Assembly (NCBI GenBank): GCA_905178155.1
Contig: CAJINV010000001.1
Location: 12,197,832-12,261,831 of the forward strand
Source: Amoebophrya sp. A120
Lineage: Eukaryota > Protista > Dinoflagellata
Direction: 5' to 3'
DNA length: 64,000 nucleotides
Position numbers and translations under genes: made by a program. The number at the start of each line of letters is the position of its first letter. Position 1 is the stretch's first letter. The notes under the pieces were generated by a model that was given only the letters and a program-made list of their open reading frames with translations, did no database searches and had not been told where the DNA came from. Below, one piece after another: positions 35,355 to 49,033 of the stretch.

Positions 35355-37697
35355 ATGAGCAATCTCCAGAAGATGGGAGATCATCAGGCGGAAGCGGCCG
35401 CCGTTTCTCCGGAGCAAATTGAGATGTACAAGGAGGTGTTGCAGCTCGGCTCGGACAACAGTCCCAACCCCCAGTTCCAGAAAGCCGTCGCGGAAACCTA
35501 TCTCGAGCTGGCCGAGGACCGTGCCTTTCTCGATTACGTGATCAACCAAGGCTGCCGGAATATGGATGTGTCAGGATCGAAATCGACAAAATCGAAAAAC
35601 TTGTGATGCATAAAATGTAGAGCACTGAAGGCCTGTATTGGGGCGCATGCATATGAGGCCGATTGTAAGCCTGTTTAGGGGTATGCAATGCGCTGCCAGA
35701 GTAGCATGACAGGAGCAGTTTTCTTTCCCAAAACAGCATGACAGACTGGATTTTGGTGCTCCCGAAATTTGTCATGCGCCAATTGAAAACTGAGGCTCTA
35801 ACTGACATCGATTTTGTGCATCACAAGTTTTTCGATTTTGTCAATTTCGATTCTGACACTCCCATACGGAAACTCTGCCGCCCGCTGCTGCGTATGGTCG
35901 AGCGCGACGCGGCGGATGTGTGGGCCTCGGTGCTGGACATATCAAGTGTAAAAATGTCTGGGTCTGGAAACTTGTAATGCTGTGCTGGGAATAGTGAATG
36001 CTCTGTAATGCACAGCCCAGCATGAGAAATATCTGCAGCGCTTTGTGTTGCGTTTTTCGCATGAGAAACTGCGTTTTTGCACGATAGGCAACAGGGTCTC
36101 TTCTTGGACACGCATCACAAACTTTTTAGCCATGCCAGACAAGCATGACAAATCTCGCAATCTTCCAGACCCAGACATTTTTACATTTGATAGGACAAGG
36201 TCGAGTCCAACAACAATGGCCACGGATTCGCGTCAGAAACGAAGAAGCAGAAGGAGCGATCGAGCGTGTACCAGCTGACCCGGGAGTCCTGCAACGCGGC
36301 ACTGCAGGCCATGATCAATTTAGCCGCCACGCGCGCGATGGCAGTGTGTTTCTTGGAACTGAATGCCCAGGTGCGAATTGCGGACTTCATCACCAGGCAG
36401 GCAAAAACCTTGCAAACCGAGGCTGCTGCCGATAAGAACAACACGACTGAAGACGAAGCAGAAAAAAAAGAGTACTACGTTTGGTTCTGTGCGAAAATCA
36501 AAATAGAATGTGAGTGCTGTGTTGCTAGGACTTATTAATATAAGTAAAATTTGACAAATTACGAGCCCCTTGTCAGGAGACAGATGATGCTGGTTAGTCA
36601 AATTTCAAGCGAGATTCTGGCACTAGTATATCGACGAAATGAAAAGGGAGACCAAAACATACAAATGCACAACATATTTATACAGGAGCCAGCGCCTGCT
36701 TCAGGAGAGCATCCAGCTGTCCGTGATGTTGCTCGGAAACCTCACCGGACTGGTGTGCCAGGCCGCGCAAGACGCCGAGCAGGACAGTTCCAAAGATGCA
36801 AACGTGCAGAAACTGCTGAATTCCGTGGTCCCAACCCTCCTGAACTTCTACCTGCAGCCCCCAATTTGCGAGAAGGACCTCTTCGTGCCCGTGGCCACCA
36901 CGCTGATTTCCGTCTGCGAACTGAAGGAAGGCCGAGCCCTGCTCGCCCAGCCCATGATTCTCGCCATCCTTGGACAGCAGCTGCTTGCGAGACAAAGGAG
37001 AAAAGACGTGCTGAAGCTGTACTGCAAGCTCGCCGCCGGCGCCGACGAGGAAGTGCACCAAATGTTATCCAGTGCGCAATTCCTCCCCCGCGTCTGCTGC
37101 TACTTCTTCGAGAAAGCGGACGTCGCCGCAGCGAAAAAACAGTCGGAGATGTTGACCGCAGCGTGCAGCGACAAGACGATGACAGCGGAACAAATTCTGG
37201 AAGAAGAGTTCCACCCGCTAGTCCTGCAGGAGGCCCAGGGCATCTCGCAGGATAGCGATATGAAGCAGTTTGGGATCGACCTGTTCTACCAGTTCACAAA
37301 AACCGAAAACGGAAGGGCCGCCCTGCGCGAGCAGCGGGTTCTGCCGGTGCTGCGCATGTGGCGAAAGAGTGAAAGGGACGCCGAGGTTCGGGGCAAGCTT
37401 CAAGTGGTTATTTCCACCGCGTCAGTTTTGCAAAAGGACGGGGACGCGGTATTGGAGACGCCGCTGCTGATCACCTGCGACAAAGACGGAAACATCCAGA
37501 GCTTACGCGCGGAAGAAGGCTCCACGCCGACGAACTGCAGCTCAGGATCTTCGCCCGCGGGCTCGTGTGGTGGAGATGCTGTTTCGTCACCTGCTGCAGA
37601 AAGAGATGCGTGGGAACAAGTGGAATCCTCGCCAGCGACATTGTTAGAAGAGGAGGAAGCTGAAGAAACCGTGGAAGAGATTGTGCCCTTGTTCTGA
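35355..37697 (+). CDS. HGH1: HGH1/FAM203-like armadillo protein, interrupted by two TIR/TSD elements and one GT-AG intron (about 36484-36685)
   Basis: SPNPQFQKAVAE, ALQAMINLA, SVMLLGNLT and GRAALREQRVLPVLR resemble HGH1 motifs. Frame is continuous after element removal (GCRK-LCRPLL; VLDK-VES). Confidence 0.65.
35561..35866. mobile_element. TIR/TSD intron-like element E4, family D (306 bp)
   Basis: TATGGATGTGTCAGGATCGAAATCGACAAAATCGAAAAACTTGTGATGCA ... TGCATCACAAGTTTTTCGATTTTGTCAATTTCGATTCTGACACTCCCATA (about 50-bp TIR). TSD CGGAA at 35556-60 and 35867-71. Confidence 0.92.
35940..36192 (+). mobile_element. TIR/TSD intron-like element E5, family A (253 bp)
   Basis: TATCAAGTGTAAAAATGTCTGGGTCTGGAA ... 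TTCCAGACCCAGACATTTTTACATTTGATA. TSD GGACA at 35935-39 and 36193-97. Confidence 0.92.
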
Positions 37698-38466
37698 CCA
37701 CGACGAGAACGATTTTGCTTTTGCTGTTGGATATGGATCTCGCCGAGGAATAATTTCAAAACTTGGCACAAACAAGTAGGACCCTGCTTGCAATTGTGGT
37801 GTGCGAAAGCATCCAAAGAAGCGCATAACGAGTCTCGAAACGATCTTGACGCGATTTTACGGTGGCCTTGTTTCTCGATTGTGATCGAGGTTTACACCTA
37901 CATTGTTTTGTTCTGCCTGAACGTGCGGGATCTTTCTCAACGTAACCACTCACTCTCACACAATAAAGCAGAAACTCAAAGCCAGCGGGCACTCCTGCTT
38001 ACGATGCCTCGAATTTGAATCACCACGGCTAGACCTAAGATCTGAGAATGTAGTGGATCTTGTTCATGTTTGCATATGATTGATTTATGCAGCTGGAAAT
38101 TTTCCTCAGAGTAAACGTAATGGAAAGTTCCTCGTCATCAGATGTCGAGAAGCGAAAGCGATCTGGATGTGGTGTGTAGCAAGCACCGAATCAATAAAGT
38201 TCCGTTCCGTTGATTGTAGTGATCTTCGCTCGGCGCCAATCTCGATACGATACCAACAGCATTGCGCCAACTTCATTCAATCTCTTTTTCAACACAGGAT
38301 AGCTTGAGGCCGCAGCTACGTTCATCTAGTTTCACATTTAGTTCTATATGATATCGCAAGTGCTCCATTTTCAATTCAGGAGCGGCACAGCATCGCCTTA
38401 GCTCGCCTGGTTGCTATAGAGCTAGAGTCGATAACGACTTGAAAAGTACTTAGAAATTGCCTCAAG

Positions 38467-41400
38467 ATGAGCGACCCAGCACCGACAGTCGTGCCCAAGC
38501 AGGGAACCATGACTACACCAATGAATCCTCCAGCAATTATTGGCGGAAGGAAAAGCGCGACAGGGTCGTCGAGCACAGCGGCGGCACCCACAGGCGGCGA
38601 CGATGTTGACGGTATACGGATCAATGCGGTCGTGGGAGCGAACCCGACCACTTCCGCGCCAAAAGCTCCACCAATACCACAAGGACAGACGCCTGCATGG
38701 GCCGTCCTCCTTCCGCAAATGAAGCGCCCCGTTCCGCCCCCACAAACGGGAAAGGGCGCCAGCAGCAGCAGCAGCGCGTCCTTTCAGGCAGCACCGACGT
38801 CTACTGCAGGCACCGTCGTGCAGGGTAGTTTCCAGGAGACCGAGAAACCGATTGCTGTGTTTCAGGATGGTACCGACCACATTGTTCCGGCAAGCCCACT
38901 GAAGCCCGAGCAACCGCTGATGAGCGATGATGGCGCGCTGGCCTCGCACGTGAACATAAAACCGGCGCCACTGCCCCGCTCGTCAAATCCGAAAATGTCA
39001 GCCCTTGCCCCCTTCAAAAGACCGCCGGCGCCGAAATTGCCCGGAACGCAGGCACTGATGATGACCAGCTACCTCCACGCGTCCGCCGCGGTGCCCCAGA
39101 CCAATAGCTCGTTAATCGCGGCGCATAGCTCTTTATCCAGCTCCGCCGCCGTGCTAAACGACCCCGACAACTTCCCGGAAGCCGACCGGGACGCGCAATT
39201 AGCGCAGGTGTTTCTGCAAGTCTATGGCGACGCCGCGAAAGGGAACGGCGCGGAGGGCATACAGAAGATTCTGAACCTCCCCCAGACCGCGGCGCTGCTC
39301 GGCCCGGCCTTTTTCGCTGCTGTGGCCGGGCCGCAGCTGAAGTTCCGGAACAACCGCTGGGAGCTGGTACGACTCCCGCCGACAAGAAGACCCAACTTCG
39401 GCGGCGAGGACGATGAGGAAGTCGAAAAGTACGAAAAACACACGACCAACCCTGACGGGGAAGACGGTTTCGATTTCTATCGAAACGCGAAAACCCGAGA
39501 GTGCGTCTGGGTCATACCCACCCCGGATCCGCTGGAAACAAGTAATAGGCCGCAAACTGGTGGTGGGAGTTCCTCCAGTAGCAGCAGCAGTTCTTTTCAT
39601 CAGCCCAACAACGCGATGTTCTTTCCCGGCGCGCAGCTCCCAGGTGCTGGTGGAATGATGATGCCCCCACCCCCCGGCGGCGGATTCTATCAGCAGCAAA
39701 CGCACAAGCAAGTTGTGATCGAAGACAAGCGGCCGAAGATCGGCAAGCCGGTGAACTGGCCGGCCATTGGCAGCACCGGGTGGTTTAAAGTGACCACGGA
39801 TACCGGACTGGTGTTTTACCACGAGAAGAAGTCGAAGAAGTCGTTCTGGGAATGTCCCGAGTACATCAAGACCGCACTGGAGGAAATGGAGGAAGCCGAG
39901 GCAGAAATGGACGAATTCATCATCCCCGACGACGATGCGGAGATGAGCGACGAAGTCGTGCCGCAACGGTACAACGAGGGTGAAGACGATGATCAGCAGT
40001 ACGGCGAAGATGAAGACCACGATGACATCGACTACGACGCTGGGCAATATGAAGAGGAGGTCGGCGGAGCACAGCAGGAGGGCGATGAGAACAACGAAGA
40101 AGAGGACTACAGTGACAGTGACGACGAGGAGGCGGCGAACCCTGGGCTGGACGCCTACATGAATTTCAAGCAGATGATCATAGACTTAGAACTGCTCGAG
40201 GACGAGTTCGCGACCGCGTTGCCGAAAATGCTCCACGAGGACCGGTTCAAGCAAATCGCGGCGAAGGAACGACCCGCGCTGTTCGACGTGATGAAGAAGA
40301 AAATCGTGCAGGAAAAGCACGAGAAGGAACTGAAGGAGAAGCAGGACAAGATCGACAACTTTAAAAGCCTGCTGGAGAAGAACACACGCGTTCAAGACAC
40401 TCTACGGATGTTCAAGAACCAAACCAGGCCAAACTTCAATCTCCTTTGGCGCGGTGTGGAACGCCATGTGGAGCGTGACCCCGCCTGGAAAGCGCTGGAG
40501 CGAAAGGAGCGGGAAAGGCTCATCAAGGAAGCCCTAGAGGCCGTGCAGAAGAAAACCGTAGAAGGGACCGCGGAAGCGAAGAAGGAGTTCATGGAGCAAG
40601 TGGATCTCTTTCTGCAAGTACCGATTTTTCGCTATGTTTCCTTTTTGTGATTTGATACAATGGTCACGTCTTAAGCTTTCATCTTCCTGGTGAAATGTTT
40701 TTCTTCTGAAAAAAAAATCAGAATAACTGGAACTGCGCCAGCGTCGAATTCCACCTCAAGAATTAGAATTTGAATTGTTATAAATACCATAATTACGCGT
40801 TTTTTCCCACACACTCAGGGCTTCGCCGCGCAAGCGAAGCGGGCGGAGGTCGAGGAGCGGCGGCTGCAGGAGATTTCATCCAACAAGCGGCCCAACGAGG
40901 AAAACAACAAGTACGAGCAGTTGAAGGCGAAACTGGACAACTCCACCGCGGACGTGGTGTTCCCGCAGTACGGACAACTCGCCGCGAAACTCACCCACAA
41001 GGGGCTGACCGGCGCGGAGTGCGAACACATCTACGACGAGGTGGTGCGCAAACACTTCCAGGCGAACCGGTTTGTCACCGCGAAGCGGCGGCGGGAGGAG
41101 CAGATCGAACGGAACGCGTTGGAGTTGATGGACCTGAAGAAGAAGCGACTCCAGAACGAAATCTACACCGTGGTTTCCGCGGCGATCTCCGAAAAACTGA
41201 AGGAAAAAGCCTGGACCTACGAAACAGGTCGGGAAGTCATGGAAAACAGCATTGGAGAAAAGAGATTCATGGAGAAATTCGAAACGCAACTCAGGGTATT
41301 GAATTGATAAGTTGATGGAGTTGCATTTTTTTCTTTGCAATTGCACGAGCACGAGGCAAACCGTTTAATGTTTTTTGTTTCTGATAAAGAAAAAGATGTA

Positions 41401-42090
41401 CATGCTACTCATTGAGTCGGATAATTACCTAGGATTCAGTTCGTCAAATTGGAATGCAGAAGATACCTATGTGCCTCAACAAACGTATCAAAACAGGAAG
41501 CCTTCATCAACGACGAGAGTCTCAATGTGGAACTCGACAACGTCTTCAACCGGTGGAAGGTTGAGTTCCTGGAGGAGCGGAAGAAGCTGCTTTTCAACCA
41601 GCTGCGGCTTTCTTTTGGCTCCGTGGATTCCGTCGACGAAGACTCTGTGCAACAGTTCATCCAAACGACCCCGGGTCTGCACGGCCTGGCGCAACTGTCT
41701 TTCCGCGACACAATAGTGCCGTGGTTGGAGGAGTGGCGCGGCACGGTGCAGGAGAACCTGAGCAGCAGCTTCCAGAAGTACCTGATGCAGTGCCAGTACT
41801 TTGGCGAGCTCGACGTTCACAAGTACCTCACCAACGCGGACGACTTCGCCCGGCTCGAGGCCCGGCTGGCGCAGAGCAGCCCCTTGTACGCGAAACTCGG
41901 TTTCGCGGCGGACGTCCGAACCAAACTGATCCGCGACCACATCGAAACGATTGTACGGAAAAAGCTCCAAGCCGATGAGGATGCCACCAAAGCGGACGCG
42001 TTTAGCTCCATGCCCTCGTTTTTAACGACCGAAGAAATTCAAGCGCGACAAAAAACCCACAAAACCGACAAAATTCGAGGCGGCAAGTGA
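38467..42090 (+). CDS. TCERG1/PRP40C-like WW and FF domain pre-mRNA processing protein (3 exons, GT-AG introns)
   Basis: WW domains FDFYRNAKTRECVWVIP and GWFKVTTDTGLVFYHEKKSKKSFWECP; FF repeats FKQMI...LPKMLHEDRFKQI...ERPALFD and FKSLL...DPAWKALERKERERL. Confidence 0.8.
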
Positions 42091-42642
42091 TTTTTCTGCT
42101 GGTCCTTGATGTGTAGTGAACAGGACAAGAGATGAATCGACGTCGTCAAAGCCACAACTAAGATTTTCATGAAGCGAGTGATAGATTTTTTCACATACTC
42201 AGCAAAAAGTAGGCACAACGATGCCAAACAAAGCGAATCAACTCGAAGTAGAAGCAAGTTGCTACTCTAGAAGTAGGTGCGACGAAGCGACTTGTTGAAT
42301 GTTGTTCGGTCCCCCATCGAAGTAAGGGAGGGAAATCTTTGTTTTGTAGAGAGAGCATAGAGCAAATGCTCATTAGGAAGATCATGATCGTAACGGAGCG
42401 TGCAGGTCGTCCGGAAGAGAGAGCTCGTTTTCACCACGGACGAGGTGAATCTTGTTTGTCGCTAGCATTCATTCGGAATCGTGAACGTGCACGCCCAAAT
42501 TACAAGCTGACAGTGATGGATGAAGAAACAGTGTATGTAGAAGAAGAACAACAACTAAAATATCACGAGGGGTGCGCACGTTTAAATCATGACTGCATCA
42601 GAATCACCAAGTTCTGCTCAGAGACGTCCTCGACGTCTCGTC

Positions 42643-45600
42643 ATGGCGCGGCCACTCTCCAGGACGACCCTGTGGCGCATTTTCTTCGTGACATCACTAG
42701 TCTTCACCCCGACCGCCACTAGGCGGCGCATGTTGCGGCGGGAGAAGAGGCCCCAGGAAATCGAGCAAGAGCAAGACCAGGAGCACTTAGAGCATGAGCT
42801 ACCTGCATCCCCGGTTGGTGCGGCTCCTGCGACGGAGCCGCCATCGAGTCCTTTCCACTCGGCGACCGCCGCGGTCATGTCGTTTCTTCAGACCACGCTG
42901 TCTTCAATTACCCACAGCGCAGTAGCAGACGACGAAAAGGAAGACGGACAGCACAGCGAAACGTCTGGACAGACCACCACGAAAGGGGATGTGGACGAGG
43001 ACTCAGTGCAACCAGTACAAAACACAGGGGCTGTCAACCTGGACGAGGAAGAGGATGAGTCATTCAACAACGCTGCTGCTTCTACATCTTCGAAGACAGC
43101 ACACGACGAGCCTGCGACGTCTTCAGGGCGAGAAGCTAATCCGCAGAAGGAATTGTCTCAAGCAAGCGAGGGGACCGAGTCTTCATCAAGCACAGATAAA
43201 GCTGCCTCCACGGACGACAACAAGGTGCAAGATTCACGAGTAATACCCAACGAAGAAAGTGGAAAGGTATCGAAGGAAAAAAACAATGGATTCTCGCCGA
43301 CTGACGGCAAGAAAGCCAGTGCCAGCAGCAGCAGCGAAGATAGTTGGAACACTCACGAAACAGCAACAGTAGATTCTGATAAAAAGACGCACGGAGCTCC
43401 AACTCAGCAACAGCAGGGAAGCAAAGACGAGGTGTCATCATCTACGAGAAGAGAAGACACTCAACCACACGAAGAAAGGAACAGCCCAAGCAGCACTACC
43501 GCGACAGCCACTACCACCGAGGATCCGGCACCACATGAGTACACGCCGGAGGAGCTCGGGGAAGCCGATATGCACTACGAGGACCCGGAAACATTTTACT
43601 ATTCGCGGTATGGCTATGGGAGTGTCAGGATTGAAATCGTCAGAGTTGAAATAGTTTGTCATGCATAAAATCTATACCACTTGGACCCCCAGTTTCCAAT
43701 CGGCGCATGGCAAATTTTCCTGGCCTCTGAAGCAAGTCTGTCATGCTGTTTAGGGCAAGAGGGTTCCCCCCTGTGATGCTAGCCAGCAACCCAATTTATG
43801 ACTCTTGCCAACCCTATAATCTGCTTCCTTTGCGTCCTGTGCAATAGAGTCAGTCTTTGTGTCGCATTTTATGCATGACAAATTATTTCAACTTTGCCGA
43901 TTTCAAACCTGGCACATTCATAATGGCAACGGGTATACGGAGGACGACGACGACGGGTGGGTTGACGAGCTCGAGGCGCAGTCCGATATCGACAGCACGG
44001 GCTCCTTTTTGGAACGAAAGAAAGTCACCGAGGAACGCAAAGAACATCAAGGCACCGCGGCAAATGCTGCAGCCCCCGTTACAACGGTGGATGCGGCGAA
44101 AAAGCCGAAGAGCCTGAAGAAACTGAACCAGGAGGCTGCGGACCTTGCTCGGGAGGCCTCCAGCATCATCCGTCTCAGAGAGCAGATGCACATGGGGAAC
44201 AACCTCGCCCTGTACGCGCGATCCGACCCGGCACTGTGGAAGCGCAGAGTCCCGGAGAGCGAGTCGATCCGTTCCCTGCTTTACGAGATGGGGTTCCCCA
44301 TTCGGGACGTGTCCGCCCTCACGCAGAATTTGAGCTGCAACCGGGACCTGAGCAAGAAGCGGCAACGGCTGGTGTTTGCGACGAAGCTGATCGGCCGGGA
44401 AGCGGTTGACCAGGGCAAAACCACGGCGGCCGTGGCAACTTTGGAAAACAACGTGGAACGGTTGCAAACCGAAGTGCGCCCGAATTACAAGATTGCGGAC
44501 GAAGAAGACAACGACCTGCGCCAGTGGCCGCAGAAGATGATGTTCGACAGCTTCACGGACTGGCTGAACAAAGCCGAGAAACCGGTGGTAGAGTTCAAAA
44601 AAGCGATGAAGGTGAACGCGGAGAAAATCCTCTCTTCCCGGCTGCAGGCGAAGTGCTACGGCTACACGCTGCTGAAGCACCCAAACAAGATGTATTGCCT
44701 CATGTTCACGCCCGACAACTTCGTCCACTTCACGCGGCGGAGCAACAAGTTCAAAACGGCGAATTTGCAACAGCTCGAGCACTACCGCCAGATGGCGTCC
44801 GCGCAGTACGACTGCGACAAAAAGGTGCTGGGGCTCGCGCACGACATTTTCCAGGACCAGGTCCGCACCTTGCAGAAGATCCGCAACAACATCGACAAAT
44901 ACCAGCGACTCCACGAAATCAGCGGACGGAAGTTCATCAACCTGATGAACGCCGTGCGCAGCAGGGACGATTCGTCCACCGGCGCGGTGAGTTTGCGGGA
45001 CGGGGAGCAGGTGAACCTGGCGGAAAACGCGGCCCAACTGGTCGGTTTGTCCGAAAACATCCGCGACGACGGAGTTACCAACATGGTGGAGGACCACGTG
45101 CAGCACGAGGGCGCGCGGTTGCAGGCCATGTTCTCCGGTGACACGCACCGCGTGTACGCCTGCAACAAAATCGACTGCGAGCCGGTTGCCATCCCGGGTT
45201 CGAACGGCAAGAAGCTGAAGATGTCGGACGTGAAGCGGTACGCCGCGCTGTGGACCGGCATCAAAACGCCCGTGGTCGAGCTGGGGTTGACGAAGGTGGT
45301 CCGGGACCCGGCGACGGGGAAGTTGCAGTACACGCCCAGTTATGAACTGCAAAAGTATCGTACTCGTATAAATGCATTACAAATTTCCTCAACATGAAAA
45401 ATTTGTAGTGCGGATTGACCTGCTTAAGAAAAGGATTTGCAATGCATGATTGCGATACTTTTGCATAGGATACCAGTCCGGACGACGTTGACGAGGAGGG
45501 GGTGCCGGTGGACCTCGACACGCCGAACGTCATGCTGATCGTGTACCCGCGGAAAACCATGAAGACCGGGCAGGCGTGGAATGTCTTGCAAAATTGGTGG

Positions 45601-47478
45601 AAAAAACGCTCCCCGCTGGAAACGGACTTCGAAGGCAGTCCCGGGGGCGAAGAGTCATTTGTGGAAGTCGTGGGGGAGCAGGAGAAAGGAGAGGAAAAGG
45701 AGCAGATGAATCCTGCTTCGTTTCCGTTAGCAATTACGTCACCCGACCCAACCACAGATGGTAGTGGCGACACCGATCCTGATGAAGGAGAAGCTGCGGA
45801 AGACGAAGAAGATGATGGCTCGGCTGGTCGGAAAGTCAGCACCGGTGGCTTCGCGTGGGATAATGTCGATCTGCGGGCAAGTCATGATCATGCAGACGAC
45901 CAATCTTCTTCATCTTCAACCACACATCCGTCATCCATGCTGGAAACCGCGGTGAAGCAGTCAAGCAGCAATAGTGACCTTGAGAAACTGCTTCGCGAAT
46001 TCGAATCAGAAATGCAGGCGGCTGCGAAGGAAACTGGAGCGAAGGAATCTTCTTCCAAGAAGCAGAAAGCTACAAGAGCGAAATCTGGTTCATCCCAATC
46101 GCCAAACGAGTCTGCAGATCCTACGAAGAACGCAGCGGGAGATGCAAACAGGGAGGCCGGCGGTGATGCTCGTCCGGCAGGCGGCATGAAAGCTGCAAGC
46201 AAATCTCCTGCTGATAAATCTTCTGAACCTGATGAAGGTTCCCCTGCGGAGATTGGCGGTGACGCAGACAACTCGGCTGAACAAGACCAAGACGGAGAGC
46301 TGCCAGATGGCTTTGGCACCGATGAAGACGACGCCGGCGAAGATGCAGTCGAGACCGACGCTATGGTGGACGAAGACTCCAGCATCGAGCCCACGGGCCA
46401 GCCGCAGACCAGTCAAAAGGACTGGACTGTCGAACTGCACACGACGTCAAGAACGCGCAAAAGCAAAGGAACGGGTGGAACATCATTTCTCGAGGAAAGC
46501 AAAAGCAAAACCGACCGTGCTCGTCCCTCCAGTGCAGACCACGTCGCAAAAGATGGACCTGAGTCGCGACCACAAGAGAGGAGAGCGGAGGAGCATAGAA
46601 GTCGCTCCTTGAACGAATCTCCACAAAGCCTACCTACTCCCGGACTTGCAGATCTGATCGACGACGACGTTTTTGACTACACCGCGATTTTTTCTCCCGA
46701 GGGTGTCCGCGTGTTGAAACCCGTGGTGACACATGTACGCAATAGCATGGAAGTCGAAAAAAAGAAAATGAAAGATGAGACTTCTGCGCCGATGTTGCAA
46801 GAAGAAGAAGTACTAGAGAGGAGCAGTTTAGCTTCGTCAACTTCTTTTCTGCAAGAAGGCAATAAGGACGCTGCGACGCCTCCGGCAAGTGATGAAGATG
46901 CATCTTCAACTTCTACTACTGCCACTAGCAAAGAATCGTCTGAGACGCAGCACCATGCAGAGGAAGCAGCAGCATCTCAACAGCGCATTGCTCCTCGCTG
47001 GTTCGCGCATGTCGACAACGAGTTGCGCACAGGAAGAGATCTCGTTGGCGGAGCACAAAGCGAACAAGCACCTGGTAGCAATACCAGGAAAAAAGTAGAG
47101 GAGAAATTTGACCAGCTTGGGGACGAGGCGGTGAAGTTGAAAGAGGAACACGAGAAAACCTTACGAGGTTCGACGCAGGACGGTGCTGTGGCAGCACTGC
47201 TGGATCTCGGGAGCGCGTTCGAGCAAGAGGAGGGGGCGGCAGGTGAACTACTGCAAGCCGACCAATATCAAAACCCAGCGGACAACAATGAACCTCATAT
47301 TGATAAAGCACTTCCTGTGAATTCAAATTCACACTCCAAGCACAGCGGAAATAGCGACGATGGAGCGGCGACTGCTCTCACGCCCACAACTTCTAGCGAC
47401 GATGTAGTTGACGGACAAAAAGAAGAGAACGACCACGCAAAAAAAACTGCTGATCCCGATGAGAGCTCAACTTTTTGA
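42643..47478 (+). CDS. Large putative secreted protein (low-complexity ends, globular core) interrupted by two TIR/TSD elements
   Basis: Three ORFs (42589-, 43859-, 45502-) fuse in frame after removing E6 (SRYG-NGYTED) and E7 (YTPS-PDDVDE). Hydrophobic N-terminus LWRIFFVTSLVF. Confidence 0.8.
43615..43922. mobile_element. TIR/TSD intron-like element E6, family D (308 bp)
   Basis: TATGGGAGTGTCAGGATTGAAATCGTCAGAGTTGAAATAGTTTGTCATGCATAAAAT ... ATTTTATGCATGACAAATTATTTCAACTTTGCCGATTTCAAACCTGGCACATTCATA. TSD ATGGC at 43610-14 and 43923-27. Confidence 0.9.
45341..45472 (+). mobile_element. TIR/TSD intron-like element E7, family B (132 bp)
   Basis: TATGAACTGCAAAAGTATCG ... CGATACTTTTGCATAGGATA. TSD CCAGT at 45336-40 and 45473-77. 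Interior is similar to E3. Confidence 0.9.
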
Positions 47479-48048
47479 AATGCACCCATTTTGATTTGTA
47501 GAAATGCAATCTGTCTCAAAGAATCCATTGTTTCTTGTACGAACCTATTGTTTCAACGACCCAATGAACAAGTGATTTGAAGTACAAACGAAAATTGATG
47601 AGGACGCGAAAGAGTTTTATTTCATCACACCTCCTGAACTCTTAAACAAGATCCTGTTTCTTGATCTCTTGTCTCATTCAAGTTGTTTTCTGCCGGAGAT
47701 GAATACCGATACAGATTTGTGTGTCTTCAGCACATCGGGATATTAAGACTTGCAATTTGTATCCTACCGTCACCCTCACGGGACGGCTTCCGTGTACTTG
47801 ATGAGGTTTCCATGTTCTGTGACACAAGTAAAGAAACATGCAGCTATTCTTGTGGCAAGACCAACAGATGAAGAAGGACCTGGTGATCAATTTTATTCTC
47901 TTGTCGTTTGAGGATCAGCGTGTGGGAACAAGATCCAGATGAGATTGATGGTGGTCAGATGGCAATGCGCGAGCGTTTTTCCTCCTGTCACTCAAAGTTG
48001 AGAATAAGTTTCTGTTTCATGTTCAAGTAGAAGTAACAGTAGCATTAT

Positions 48049-48067
48049 GCACGCACGCACGCACGCC

Positions 48068-48143
<76 letters not shown>

Positions 48144-48144
48144 C
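48049..48144. repeat. (GCAC)24 microsatellite
   Basis: Tetranucleotide array with one GCCC variant; intergenic. Confidence 0.97.
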
Positions 48145-49033
48145 ACACGGTCGCCCTTCTGTTTCTTTTCTTAGCATGCAGCGTTTTGCTTTTGGCTTTC
48201 TATTTCCCTCTTCATTCTTTTCTTCAGGAGCAAGACCAAAAACGAGAAAGCACAGAACGGAGCCACGCATCCCGATTCTGGTTGGAAAACGCAACTCGAA
48301 AGCAAAAGCGAATTCTATGTACCTTGGTAAATTCTAATTCTCTATGAAAATTCTAATTCTCTATGACGAGTGGTTAAGGAAAGGCGTAGGAAAGGACTAT
48401 TCGGAGATTTCGGCAAAAGCAAAATATTTGAAAAGTGAAGACGTTTTATATCCATATCATTTTTTTCCTTGCTCGGGTTGATTCCACTTGGCGACTGAAT
48501 AGATACAAAAATTCGAAGTGCCTCCAAACTGCGAGTTTGAGCTGAAGGCATTCTCTTCATTTATCTCTCTTTCTCAACCATCTCTTGTACAATATGTTTT
48601 TAAATTTTATATAAAGGAAGGAGTACCTGACGGCAGGCCTCCGAGTTGCTTCATCTTACCATCTTGGGAGGCAGAAATAAGTTGATCGCAACCGCGAGGG
48701 TCCTTACCTCACTTTCCGGGCTTGATTTTTAGTAAACTGAAAAACGATCATGAACTATTTCTACCTATGTCACAATAGATTTATTTATCATCTCGAACAC
48801 TCCACTTCATTTCATTTGTCACGCTAATGAAGAACGAGAAACGTAGTAATACTTCGGAATTCTAACATTTCTCAACGAAGATTTTAGATTCAATATACCG
48901 CTCGTCCCGGCGCAGTCTCAGATTTCATAAATTTTAAAAGGTATAGGTTTTAAAGCAAGGCCCAAAGCGCCAGATTGCGATGCAAGCCTCAATAAGAGCA
49001 AGCGTCGTTTGTCGTCAACGGCGGCACTACAAG

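Noticed and set aside
38467-42090. PRP40C/TCERG1-like splicing factor as a dedicated component of the non-canonical intron system
   Set aside because: Widely conserved spliceosome-associated protein; proximity alone is no evidence.
47992-48337. ORFs with HART/CVRA repeats
   Set aside because: Translations of the (GCAC)n microsatellite.
48329-48366. 19-bp tandem duplication AAATTCTAATTCTCTATGA x2
   Set aside because: Ordinary slippage duplication in intergenic DNA.
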